From Candidatus Hydrogenedentota bacterium (lineage in GTDB: Bacteria; Hydrogenedentota; Hydrogenedentia; Hydrogenedentales; SLHB01), in the NCBI GenBank assembly GCA_016215105.1, contig JACRLJ010000128.1, positions 1 to 34,021 of the forward strand: a DNA stretch of 34,021 bases. Reading direction: 5' to 3'. Of the stretch, positions 7,040 through 15,875 are shown piece after piece. The position numbers and the translations under genes are program-made. Below the pieces are notes generated by a model that saw nothing but the letters and a program-made list of their open reading frames with translations, was not told the origin of the DNA and searched no databases. The first letter of the stretch is position 1. Every line of letters starts with the position of its first letter.

Positions 7040-8285
7040 GGATCAGGGATGACTCGCCAGTAGAGAACGGGAGCTTAGTGCTCCCCAGTTTCAGGTCGGC
7101 AGTGCCGCCAATGCGCTAAAGGCAAGTTCCAGGGGGCATCTGGCGATCTGCAGGAAGTAATTGCCGATACGAGCCAGATAGATGACGCGTTCCTCTCGTG
7201 TGTTTGCCTTCATGAGCCGGGCGATGTCGAGGGTTTCGGCCGCGGCTCCGAAGGCGCATAGGAATACATAGGCCAGCGCCAGGATATAGAAGTGCCGGTC
7301 GTGTCGCTGAGGCTGGGATAGACGCACATGATCCATTCCAAGTCCCCAGTTGCGGTTCTTGGGGTCTCGGAACATGGCTTCGGTCCACATGCGACGCTTA
7401 TAGACGCGTACCACCTCTGCCGGGGGCTCAACGTCAAGATTGGTAACCAGATACCACGCTTCGTCGGCCTCGCGATCAAAGGTGGTCACCACTCGAATGG
7501 GGCCCATTGTTGCTCATCCATCGTACCCCAGCCCCAGTCCCTGGGTGTCCATCCGCGGCGTATCCCCAGTTCTTTGAGGCTACCCATGTGCTTTTCGACC
7601 GCGACCTGATGAATATGGGATAAACGCTGGACAAAGTACCATCCCCGGTTTGCGATATCGCTTAACCACCGCACGTTGCCGAAGCCCCGATCCGACACGA
7701 TAACCGGGGTAACTCCGACAGGGCACATCTCTGCGAGCATCTCCAGCGCTCGGTGCTCGCCGGCAATCATGGCGCCTTCCTGATCCCCCTGGTGTTCACT
7801 CTTGCGGATAGTCACACATAAGAAGGGAAGAGCGCGGCCATCGCGGGGCAGAGAAAACACCAACTGTTGAAACGGGGCCATATCCGTCCAATCCGCCAAA
7901 ACAATCGTGTGTCCAGTCGTTGGCCGAAAGAACGAAAACAACGCTGCGCTTATGGCTGAGGTCTCAAATTGGTCATTGCGCAACAACCGCCAAACTCGCT
8001 TGATACAGTGTTTGGCTGCGACTGCGCCAGCCATAGCACGTCCTAACGCCAGAACGCCAACCCCCCTCATCTGAAGCGCCGCGCTCACCACATCGGCCAA
8101 GGTTTTGCGCCGCGACTGCCGCATGGACTGGACATGCGTTTCCAACCACGTCAAAATGTTGCTCGGGTCGTACATGGATTTCTCCTCCTTGGATGGCTGC
8201 TAGTGGCAACTTCAGCCTATTTTAGACGAGAACCGCCGTCTACGACCCACTGCTATACAGACTTAGGGAGACTGGGGATCACTGA
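7040..8285 (-). mobile_element. IS4-family insertion sequence (boundaries approximate)
   Basis: Contains the transposase ORFs 7091-8175. Possible imperfect terminal repeats near ~7069-7084 (tgctccccagtttcag) and ~8268-8283 (reverse complement tgatccccagtctccc). Exact ends not resolved by eye. Confidence 0.55.
7091..8175 (-). pseudogene. IS4-family DDE transposase, interrupted by a frameshift (ORFs 7486-8175 and 7091-7507)
   Basis: N-terminal ORF carries D (LADWTD) and D (VSDRGFGN). C-terminal ORF carries YKRRMWTEAMFRDPK, an exact Y-(2)-R-(3)-E-(6)-K IS4 signature. The two frames overlap at 7486-7507 around a GGGGCCCC run. Confidence 0.7.
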
Positions 8286-8579
8286 GATGCAGAGCAGGCG
8301 AGGTTTACGCGTTCCGGGAGGCCGTGCTACCATCTTGCCGGTTATGGGGCGTGCGACTAGATTGCGGGGTGCTTTCATGAGGGCGATAATCGCTAAAAGG
8401 GTGAAAGGCAATTCGTGGGGGAGAACTGTAGGCGACAGCCCCGAAGGACTTCTGCGGAACAGCAACATAGGGGTTCCTGCGCCCCCTATGCAGCTTGAGA
8501 AAGGGAGTCTCTGTCCAGTTTCGCCGGCTTTATTCCGCGGTTTTACATTGCAGCGTCGCCGTCTGATGCGCTAACTTCG

Positions 8580-9464
8580 ATGGAACCCAACTGGCGAATA
8601 ATCGAACAAGAGAATCGGGGGTTATCGATTCAGTCCGCCTGTGCTCTCGGAGAAGGGTGGAACTCTCGCGCTTACCTGGTAAACAACGCGCTGGTCTTCA
8701 GGTTCCCTAAACGGCCCGATCAATGGGGGGAACTTCGGCGCGAGATCGACTTTCTGGATTTTGCGGCAGATTTGCTTCCGCTAAGCGTCCCTCGGTATGT
8801 CGGGGTGAATCCGGAATCGCTTGCCGCAGCATGTGGCTACGCTATGTACCGGTACTTGGCCGGGGATTTGTTGGATCTTCGTGTTATGTCGCAGACTGAG
8901 CGCGGTAAGGCGTCTGATTGTATTGCTACGTTCTTACGGGCCTTACACAGATTGGAACCGAGTCCTGAAATTGGGGACGCTTTACCGAGGGAAGATGCGC
9001 GAAAGGTCGCAGAGTACTACCTGGAGCGTACCGAACGCGAGATCGCGCCAAAGCTGCAAATGCGGGACGCTAAGGCCTTGGTCGCGCAATTTGAGGCGTA
9101 TCTCAGCAGATCCGAAAACTTTCTGTTCCGGCCCGTGGTTCTCCACGCCGATCTCGGCCGAACGCATCTCTTGATGGAAGACAGCGCAGTCGTTGCAGTT
9201 CTTGATTTTGGCGACATCAACTGGGGTGACCCCGACTACGATTTCGTCTATCTGTTCAATGATTTTGGTCCCGTGTTCGTCGAGGCAGTGGCGCTCAGCT
9301 ATGGGCATCCCGACCTTGAAAGCCTTCGAAGCAAGCTCCGGTACTATGCAGTAGTGGACCAAGTGGACACTATTCTGCACGGTGGCGGTCGTGCCCTTGA
9401 TGGCCAAGAAACGGAGGCGTGGCGTCGTCTCAGACAGTTCGTCCGGCGAAAGAATTGCGAGTAA
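8580..9464 (+). CDS. Aminoglycoside phosphotransferase, APH(2'')-like (phosphotransferase enzyme family)
   Basis: 294 aa. N-terminal GEGWNSRAYLVNNALVFRFPK parallels APH(2'')-Ia [21 protein letters not shown]. Catalytic region VLHADLGRTHLLMEDSAVVAVLDFGDINWGDPDYDFVYLFND parallels [41 protein letters not shown] (Brenner motif HxDxxxxN and the DFG-like IDFGD). GC is lower than the surrounding genome. Confidence 0.75.
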   Translation: MEPNWRIIEQENRGLSIQSACALGEGWNSRAYLVNNALVFRFPKRPDQWGELRREIDFLDFAADLLPLSVPRYVGVNPESLAAACGYAMYRYLAGDLLDLRVMSQTERGKASDCIATFLRALHRLEPSPEIGDALPREDARKVAEYYLERTEREIAPKLQMRDAKALVAQFEAYLSRSENFLFRPVVLHADLGRTHLLMEDSAVVAVLDFGDINWGDPDYDFVYLFNDFGPVFVEAVALSYGHPDLESLRSKLRYYAVVDQVDTILHGGGRALDGQETEAWRRLRQFVRRKNCE

Positions 9465-9549
9465 CGTTATGCTCAAACAGGCCAGTACCGAGAACTCATT
9501 CTTTGCGCGGTTCAACCGTAGCGTAGTATCGACAGAGGGAGGCTAACGG

Positions 9550-10425
9550 ATGCTACATATTCTCGCGCTTCTTCTTCCGTGTATCGCGCTATCTGCTCAT
9601 CCCTGGAATGCGCCGTATGCTCGTATCGATTACGGCTTCTATTTCCTCAACTATCTCGATCAACTTTACGGCTTCCCTCTGTGTATCTGCTTTCTCACGC
9701 TCACGGCCTATCGATCCCGAAGGGACCTTCGCTATTGGGCCATAGGACTACCACTGCTGCCAATCGCCGTCGTCACCTTTCCCTTACGTATAGCGCTACC
9801 AGGCGTCGTTTCCGGTCTGATGGGCATTGGCGAAGATGAGCTACAGCGGTTGCTCGTTATATATGCCATGAGCGAAGTGTTTGTATTCCTGACCTTAGAC
9901 CGCCTCGCCAATTTCAGGCCGCTTCAATCTGGAATTCTGCTGGTACTCGTCATGCTCATCGCCGGTCTAGTTGGATTGATCGGATATCAATATCCGCTTT
10001 ACGGCGCCGCTGAACACTTGACGTTCGTCTTGGTAACGACGGCCGCGGTCTATTGTGCGGGGCTAAGTTGCTCGTACCCCTTTCGTTTCCGAAGATTTGC
10101 CGTTTGGCTCTTCTTTTGGGATGTTCTCGTGATGTTGGTTGCCTGGCCCCTGGTGTGGCTGGTTCTTATGCTTCTGGTGTTTCGTGAATCAGATACCGAC
10201 ATCGCGGCTTATCTGCCACTGCACCTGCTAATTGGTTTGGTTGATGGTGTCGGCCTGTTCTTCATCTTGCACGCGCCATTCCTTGTCTTGGTTCGGTACA
10301 GCAGGCTCTATGGCGAGCGTTTTCGTAAATTACTCCGAAGGGACGACAAGGGCGATAGCGAGAATAAGACGCTACTGCTCCAGACACAGGACGGGGCGGA
10401 CCAAGGTGGACGACAAGTCCAATGA
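9550..10425 (+). CDS. Hypothetical polytopic integral membrane protein
   Basis: 291 aa with GGGAGG RBS 6 nt upstream of ATG and about 8 hydrophobic helices. No recognisable family. Lies in the same lower-GC segment as the APH(2'')-like gene. Confidence 0.6.
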   Translation: MLHILALLLPCIALSAHPWNAPYARIDYGFYFLNYLDQLYGFPLCICFLTLTAYRSRRDLRYWAIGLPLLPIAVVTFPLRIALPGVVSGLMGIGEDELQRLLVIYAMSEVFVFLTLDRLANFRPLQSGILLVLVMLIAGLVGLIGYQYPLYGAAEHLTFVLVTTAAVYCAGLSCSYPFRFRRFAVWLFFWDVLVMLVAWPLVWLVLMLLVFRESDTDIAAYLPLHLLIGLVDGVGLFFILHAPFLVLVRYSRLYGERFRKLLRRDDKGDSENKTLLLQTQDGADQGGRQVQ

Positions 10426-10669
10426 AACTTCAATACCGTGATCTCGACGCGCGTCCTGAGAAACATGCAGGAATCCAATAGTGCGATCGCGAACTATGCA
10501 CGCCATGCACAAAACCGCGCACAACCGACCCATTTGGGCATAAGCCAGAGACCTGCGATTCTTCGCACGTCCCTGATCGTGTTAAGAGTGGCGGGGCACG
10601 ATTTGAACCCGCGACCTTTGGGTTATGACCGAAATAGGGGGATCGCTAGCCCAGTGAAATCATTGTAGT

Positions 10670-13600
10670 CTACCCGGCGCCCGCCGCCGCGCCTGGGGCG
10701 CCGCGGGTGTCCAGCAGCACGAGATTCGGCAGAGCGGTCCTCAGCCGAGATGCCGCTCCGGCGGTCAGCGGGGTCTTGGATTTCACCCACACGTGGCGCA
10801 GTGATTTGAGGTTCTCCAGTTGACGGAGGCCCGCGTCGGTGAAATTGCCTTCAACCCTCAATCGGTCCAAAGACGGACTGGCGGCCAAGTATGCCAGCCC
10901 CCGATCCGTTACCAAGTCCCCACCGATCGTCAATAAATCGAGATGCTTTAGACTGGCGAGGTGCGCCATACCCGGATCGCCGAACGAGCTCCCGCCAGTA
11001 GATTGCAGGCCACGCAGATTCGGCGCGCTGGCTACCCATGCAAGATCTTCGTCGCGCAACGCCGGGACACGTTTTCCCTGCGGTCCCGATTGGACTATGA
11101 AGACCACATTATCGAGTTTTGTCAAGCCAGAGAGGTCGAGCGCCGCATCGTCTCGAATGAGGGTGTCCATACTTAGGCGGCGCAGATTCGTTAGCCGGTT
11201 GAGATAGTTTGCGCCGGTAACGGTCAAGCCACCAGTGTTGTACCCTCCAATTTCAAGCCACTCAAGTGAGGTGATGGACGCAAGGGAGCGCATTCCCTGG
11301 TTCGTCATATTGCACGCACACAGATTTAGCGTCTTCAAGTTCCGCAGCTTGGTAAGTTTCTCGATGCCTGCGTCCGTGAAACCCGCGTCCGATCCGATCA
11401 CCAACGTTTCGAGATTTGGAAGCGTGGATACGGATTCGAGACCCGCGTCCGTAAATGGTCCCGGCTCCGTCCGCGATCCGGTGATTGCCCCGCCGCCGCA
11501 CCAAAGTGTCTTCAGATTCTTCAGTTGAGCTATGGCCGCCAAACCGCGGTCGGAGTTTTGCATTGGCAAACGCAGGTTCTCGAGTGAGGTCAGCGCCGCG
11601 AGCTGCGCTATACCGTTGTCGGTGACGTTCTTAAAGTGGTGCACTGAAAGGGTCTTTAGTTTAGATAACGGCTTAAGGTAGGCGACCCCGGCGTCCGTGA
11701 TAGAATCAACCCACACAAAGTTGAGTTCCTCGATATTAGGTAACTGGCCGATATACTGCATACCGGCGTCGGTGACGCCAAGCTTTGCGCCAAACAGGGT
11801 CAATATCTTGAGTGATTTGATCTTCTTGAGCTGCGCCAACCCAGAGTCGCCGAGCCCGACACCCTCCAGCACGAGAAACTCAAGTTTGGGCAGGTCGGCA
11901 AGCTTGGCGAGCCCTGAGTCCCCGAGACGGTTGCACATCACGGACAACTCGCGAAGATTGGACAGCGAGGCCAACTGGCTCAGCCCTTGGCCGGTTGGCA
12001 GGCCATCGAAGACCAGGGATTGCAGCGAATGCAGGCGCGCGATGTGCGAGAGCGATGCGTCGCCCAGAGCATCCGTTTTCAGGAAGAGGACTTCAAGATT
12101 CTCCAGCCGCGAGAGGTGACGGATTCCCTTATCCGAAAGGCCCGGCCCGCGGTGAAACAGGGCGTACACTACGAGTTCTTTGAGGCCCGTCAGCCCCGAC
12201 AGATGTGGTAGTACGGCCTCATCCACATCCAATTTGGCGTTTTCGGGTATTTCCAGGACCAGGGCGTACAGGTCGTCCGGGCGGAGCCGATCGAGCGGCG
12301 ACAAGTCCTGGAGCGCGCTGTGGCCGACCTCCAGTTTCACGGGCAGGCCTTCAGGAACGCTTACCGCGCCGCGAGCATCGGCAAGAAAGTGCCAGGCTAG
12401 CGTCCAGGGAGGCGTCGGAGAATTGTGGAAGGTGTTATCCCCTGCTCCGTCCGGTAAGGATTCCGGAAGCCTCACGAAGAGAGTTCCAAGTGAACGATCG
12501 GACGGAAACATGATGGTGCGGGCCTTCGACCTCGCTACAGGCGCGGGGACCGGCGTCTCCGTGGATGTGACCTTCGCCTCGCGAGCGGGAGGCTGGTTCT
12601 GGGGCGCGGTGTCCTGGGCCTGGGCGATGGCCGCGCCGTGGGGCGTGAATGAGAAGCCTGGCACACACAGTAACCCGAGTCCCAGCAAGAGGGCCAAGGC
12701 GCCGGTCGAAAGCTTCGGTCTGGGTTCCAAGGCGGAGGCAATGCTGGCCACGCGCACTTTGAGGTCGCTGAACGACTCCGAGGCAATCGCCGCGAACGCG
12801 GTGGTGTCGTTCTTTGTGCCGCATAATTCCGCCGCGGCCACGAGCGCTCTTGCGTATACGCTGGGCCGCTCGTTGCTAGCGGCTAGAACTAACGAGTCGC
12901 AGGCTTGTTCACGTTCAAGTAAGACGCGTCGCCGCACGAAATGCACTACGGGGTGAAAGAAGTAGGTTGTCTCGCAGATGGCGAGCAGCATGCCCAGGCT
13001 AGAATCTCCCCGGCGCACATGAGTGAATTCGTGGGCCAGCACGGCCAGGAGACTTCCCTGCGTGGCCGTGGCAACCAGATGCGCCGGCATGACCACGGCG
13101 GGCCGACGGGTCCCCAATGCAAATGGCGAGACACGTTCATTCGTGATGACCAGTCGAGGCAGGCGCCGCAAACCGACCATATCGGCGGCTTGGCGCGCGA
13201 GGGCCAGCAGCGGACCGTCCGTGACCGGCGTCCCACGCGCGATGATGCGTCGCGCGCGGCGCCACGCGCGCGTCAGGCGCAGCGCCCAGAATGCCATGCC
13301 CGCAAACCAAGCGAGCATAAGAATAGCCGCCGCGTTCACTCCGCGCGGCGGGGCAAAGTCGTCTACCTTCGACGGCGTGGCCGGCGCCGATGCTATTGGG
13401 GTGGCGGCTTCCGACGCGACAGAATACGCAGCAAACTCATCGGAACCGCCGAAGGCGTGCTGGGACACAAAGCTTGCCGTTTGGAGCGCTGGGGGCGCCG
13501 CGGTCTCGGGCGCGCCAGGAGCTGGCAACACGGGAACTGGAATGGTCAGGATGGGCATAACGAGCAGCCTCAGGGGCACGAGCATCCACAGCCACAAGCG

Positions 13601-13741
13601 AAAGTTGGGCGTGGTTTTTCGCAGTCTAGTCGAGAGGAGCAGAAGAACCAGAGTGAGGGCCGTGCTCTGCCACACCGCCGCCCACATTCCCGCGGCCCAT
13701 CGGGTCGCAAAGTCATTCAGAGCCGCTGTTTCCCAAATCAT
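10670..13741 (-). CDS. BlaR1/MecR1-type M56 metalloprotease signal transducer fused to a large C-terminal leucine-rich-repeat (LRR) domain
   Basis: Start at ATG 13741 (AGGAGG RBS 8 nt upstream; MIWETAALNDF...). N-terminal ~320 aa has TM helices and the M56 zinc motif LAVLAHEFTHVRRGDS (cf. HELAHIRRRD). A Pro/Ala-rich linker follows. The last ~600 aa are ~20 tandem ~24-residue LRRs (L..L..L..L.L....ItD.Gl..L). Confidence 0.8.
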   Translation of the reverse strand: MIWETAALNDFATRWAAGMWAAVWQSTALTLVLLLLSTRLRKTTPNFRLWLWMLVPLRLLVMPILTIPVPVLPAPGAPETAAPPALQTASFVSQHAFGGSDEFAAYSVASEAATPIASAPATPSKVDDFAPPRGVNAAAILMLAWFAGMAFWALRLTRAWRRARRIIARGTPVTDGPLLALARQAADMVGLRRLPRLVITNERVSPFALGTRRPAVVMPAHLVATATQGSLLAVLAHEFTHVRRGDSSLGMLLAICETTYFFHPVVHFVRRRVLLEREQACDSLVLAASNERPSVYARALVAAAELCGTKNDTTAFAAIASESFSDLKVRVASIASALEPRPKLSTGALALLLGLGLLCVPGFSFTPHGAAIAQAQDTAPQNQPPAREAKVTSTETPVPAPVARSKARTIMFPSDRSLGTLFVRLPESLPDGAGDNTFHNSPTPPWTLAWHFLADARGAVSVPEGLPVKLEVGHSALQDLSPLDRLRPDDLYALVLEIPENAKLDVDEAVLPHLSGLTGLKELVVYALFHRGPGLSDKGIRHLSRLENLEVLFLKTDALGDASLSHIARLHSLQSLVFDGLPTGQGLSQLASLSNLRELSVMCNRLGDSGLAKLADLPKLEFLVLEGVGLGDSGLAQLKKIKSLKILTLFGAKLGVTDAGMQYIGQLPNIEELNFVWVDSITDAGVAYLKPLSKLKTLSVHHFKNVTDNGIAQLAALTSLENLRLPMQNSDRGLAAIAQLKNLKTLWCGGGAITGSRTEPGPFTDAGLESVSTLPNLETLVIGSDAGFTDAGIEKLTKLRNLKTLNLCACNMTNQGMRSLASITSLEWLEIGGYNTGGLTVTGANYLNRLTNLRRLSMDTLIRDDAALDLSGLTKLDNVVFIVQSGPQGKRVPALRDEDLAWVASAPNLRGLQSTGGSSFGDPGMAHLASLKHLDLLTIGGDLVTDRGLAYLAASPSLDRLRVEGNFTDAGLRQLENLKSLRHVWVKSKTPLTAGAASRLRTALPNLVLLDTRGAPGAAAGAG

Positions 13742-14135
13742 GGCCTTTACCCTCCTCTTGGCGCTCCAGGTTCCGTACCAGGTCGCGCAATTGGCGCGCC
13801 TGCTCATCGGTCAACGCTTTGGTGTTCGCCAGATACGCCAGAAACGGGGCCGGCGACCCGTCGAGCACCGTTTCCACGAAATCGCGGATCAGTCCCTTCA
13901 AGACCTTGCCACGTGTTTGTGTGGGCCAGAAACGATAGACCCCTTTGACCTTGCGGCGCTTGAGACAGTCTTTCACGTGCAGACGCTGCATGACCGTGAG
14001 CACCGTCGTACGCGCCAGGCCGCGTCGTTCAGCGAATTCCTCGGCCACTTCCTGGACCGTGCGCCCGGGCGCTTCCCAGACGGCCTTGAGCACTTCGAGT
14101 TCCAGTTCACCCAATCCCTGCGGTTTCGCCGCCAT
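13713..14135 (-). CDS. BlaI/MecI/CopY-family winged-helix transcriptional repressor
   Basis: 140 aa: LGELELEVLKAVWEAPGRTVQEVAEEF...ARTTVLTVMQRLHVKDCLKRRKVKGVYRFWP...ALTDEQARQLRDLV matches the penicillinase-repressor family. GAGGAG RBS is upstream. Its 3' end overlaps the BlaR1-like gene start, suggesting translational coupling. Confidence 0.85.
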   Translation of the reverse strand: MAAKPQGLGELELEVLKAVWEAPGRTVQEVAEEFAERRGLARTTVLTVMQRLHVKDCLKRRKVKGVYRFWPTQTRGKVLKGLIRDFVETVLDGSPAPFLAYLANTKALTDEQARQLRDLVRNLERQEEGKGHDLGNSGSE

Positions 14136-14171
14136 AGCCTAGGTCTCCTCAAATGCGCGGGGTGTTTTTCA

Positions 14172-14243
14172 GACTACTTCAGTAGTCACTGTTCAAATAT
14201 ACTACGAGCGTAGTCATTTGTCAAGTGGTCTTGAGCGTAGTCC
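14172..14243. promoter_or_regulatory. Candidate BlaI-type operator dyads (GACTAC-N4-GTAGTC; ACTACG-AG-CGTAGT; a third half-site GAGCGTAGTC)
   Basis: Perfect palindromes gactacttcagtagtc (14172-14187) and actacgagcgtagt (14201-14214) sit 37-100 bp upstream of the blaI-like start. BlaI/CopY-family repressors bind TAC-containing dyads of this type. Confidence 0.4.
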
Positions 14244-14495
14244 CGTGCGGGCGGTACTGAGACGTGGTATTAGAGACCTACAGATCGGAGGGGTATCCCG
14301 CGCCTCATTGCGGATTCGAGTTGCTCGTTGGCAAGGCCGCGTCGTCGCGGGTGAATGCGTACAAGGCCGCGCGCAGTCGCCCTGTTGGGTATGAAAGAAA
14401 GGACCTGCGATTTCTCGCAAGTCCCAGATAGTGTCAATGGTAGCGGGGGCAGGATTTGAATCTGCGGCCTCGTGGATTTCAGCGACGACAACAAC

Positions 14496-15875
14496 CTACA
14501 GCCTGATGTCTTTGAGTTTCCAACCCTTGCGGAAGGCCGGTTTGATGAACTCGTTGGCTTTCTCGTTGTTGGTGAAACGCAGGTTCTTGGCGTCCCACAG
14601 GAGTTCCTCGTTCGGGAACCGCCAACTGAGGGCGCCCAGCAGAACCCATTCCGTGTACGGACCCGCGATGCCGAAGGGCGAACACGTCTCGCCATCGCCT
14701 TTGCACGCCCGGATCCAGTTTTCGAAATGTCCCGGCGATCGCTTCAAAACCAGCGCAGGCAGGACATAATCCTTCATCTTGGCTCTCGGAAGCAGGGTCA
14801 CAGACTCGCCACGGCCTCCCGTTCCCATATACCCCTTCGTGCCTACAAATATCTCGTTGATGTCCTTCAGATCAGCTCCCGCGATTTCCGCAGGCGGCGT
14901 ATATTTTGCCGCCATGTTCCCTTCATACCAGTGGACCGTGACCGGCCCCATCCGGCCCCCGGGAACATACGGATTTGGACGGTCTGCGAATTTCATCTTG
15001 CACGCATAGTGCGGATAGGTGACCGGATTAACCCCCTCGACCGTGATGCACTGCACGCTCACTGGGCTGCCGAGTTGCAGACCCCAATTCGCCGGTCCGA
15101 GCATATGGATACCCCAATCGCCGATCATCTGGGAACCGTACTCCAGAAACCCGCGCCAGTTCGACGGATGAATCTTTGAACTGAAAGGATGCTGCGCTAC
15201 ACGGCCGGACCATAGATCCCAATCCAACGTAGAGGGCACGGGCTCGGCTGCGGGCCATGCGGTTATGTCGCGCGCAAAGCCGCCGCCGCACGTCGTGTGG
15301 ACCTCTGTAATGTCCCCGAGGGCGCCGCTCCACATGATCTCGCACGCCACCCGCGTGGCTTCCGAAGAGTACCCTTGGTTGCCCATTTGCGTCACCACGT
15401 TGTATTTCTTCGCGGCCTTCGTCAAGAGACGCGCTTCCCACACGCTCTGCGTGAGGGGTTTCTGGCAGTACACGTTCACCCCCAGTTTCATGGCGCGCAG
15501 CGCGACCGAGGCATGCATGTGGTCGGGTATGGTGATCGTGATCCCATCGAGATTCTTGTGCTCTTTGTCGAGCATCTTGCGAAAATCCCGGTACAACTTG
15601 GCCTTGGGAAACGCCTCCGCCGCCTTACGCAAGAACGCCTCGTCCACGTCGCAAAGGGCATAGATGTTCTCGCCACGCACGCTGCGGACATCGTTTAGTC
15701 CCTGCATTCCGCCCACACCGACGCAACCGATGTTCATCTTGTCGCTCGGCGCCTTCCGGCCCGAGGCCGCCACAACATGGCGCGGCACAATGGAAAAAGC
15801 CGCCGCTGCCACCGTTGAAGCCAGGAATTCCCGCCGTGTAAACCCTTTGTTGCGCATGAATCTGCTCCTGTACAT
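14496..15875 (-). CDS. Gfo/Idh/MocA-family NAD(P)-dependent oxidoreductase with Tat signal peptide
   Basis: Twin-arginine motif TRREFLASTVAAAAF. Rossmann motif NIGCVGVGGMQG and the typical Gfo/Idh/MocA core (ALCDVD..., DGITITIPDHMHA, YCQKPL). An alternative start at 15857 (MRNKGF...) has a better RBS. Confidence 0.85.
   Translation of the reverse strand: MYRSRFMRNKGFTRREFLASTVAAAAFSIVPRHVVAASGRKAPSDKMNIGCVGVGGMQGLNDVRSVRGENIYALCDVDEAFLRKAAEAFPKAKLYRDFRKMLDKEHKNLDGITITIPDHMHASVALRAMKLGVNVYCQKPLTQSVWEARLLTKAAKKYNVVTQMGNQGYSSEATRVACEIMWSGALGDITEVHTTCGGGFARDITAWPAAEPVPSTLDWDLWSGRVAQHPFSSKIHPSNWRGFLEYGSQMIGDWGIHMLGPANWGLQLGSPVSVQCITVEGVNPVTYPHYACKMKFADRPNPYVPGGRMGPVTVHWYEGNMAAKYTPPAEIAGADLKDINEIFVGTKGYMGTGGRGESVTLLPRAKMKDYVLPALVLKRSPGHFENWIRACKGDGETCSPFGIAGPYTEWVLLGALSWRFPNEELLWDAKNLRFTNNEKANEFIKPAFRKGWKLKDIRL

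Noticed and set aside
10590-10660. Possible complete tRNA gene on the minus strand (GGTTCAAATC T-loop-like motif and ...GCCCCGCCA end)
   Set aside because: I could not obtain a consistent cloverleaf. There is no complementary 5' acceptor strand and no 5-bp T-stem around the loop. Retained only as a tRNA-like fragment in a finding.
12941-14213. 335-aa and 396-aa plus-strand ORFs opposite the BlaR1-LRR and blaI genes
   Set aside because: Arg/Gly/Pro-rich with no domain signal. They lie antisense to genes with clear family motifs.
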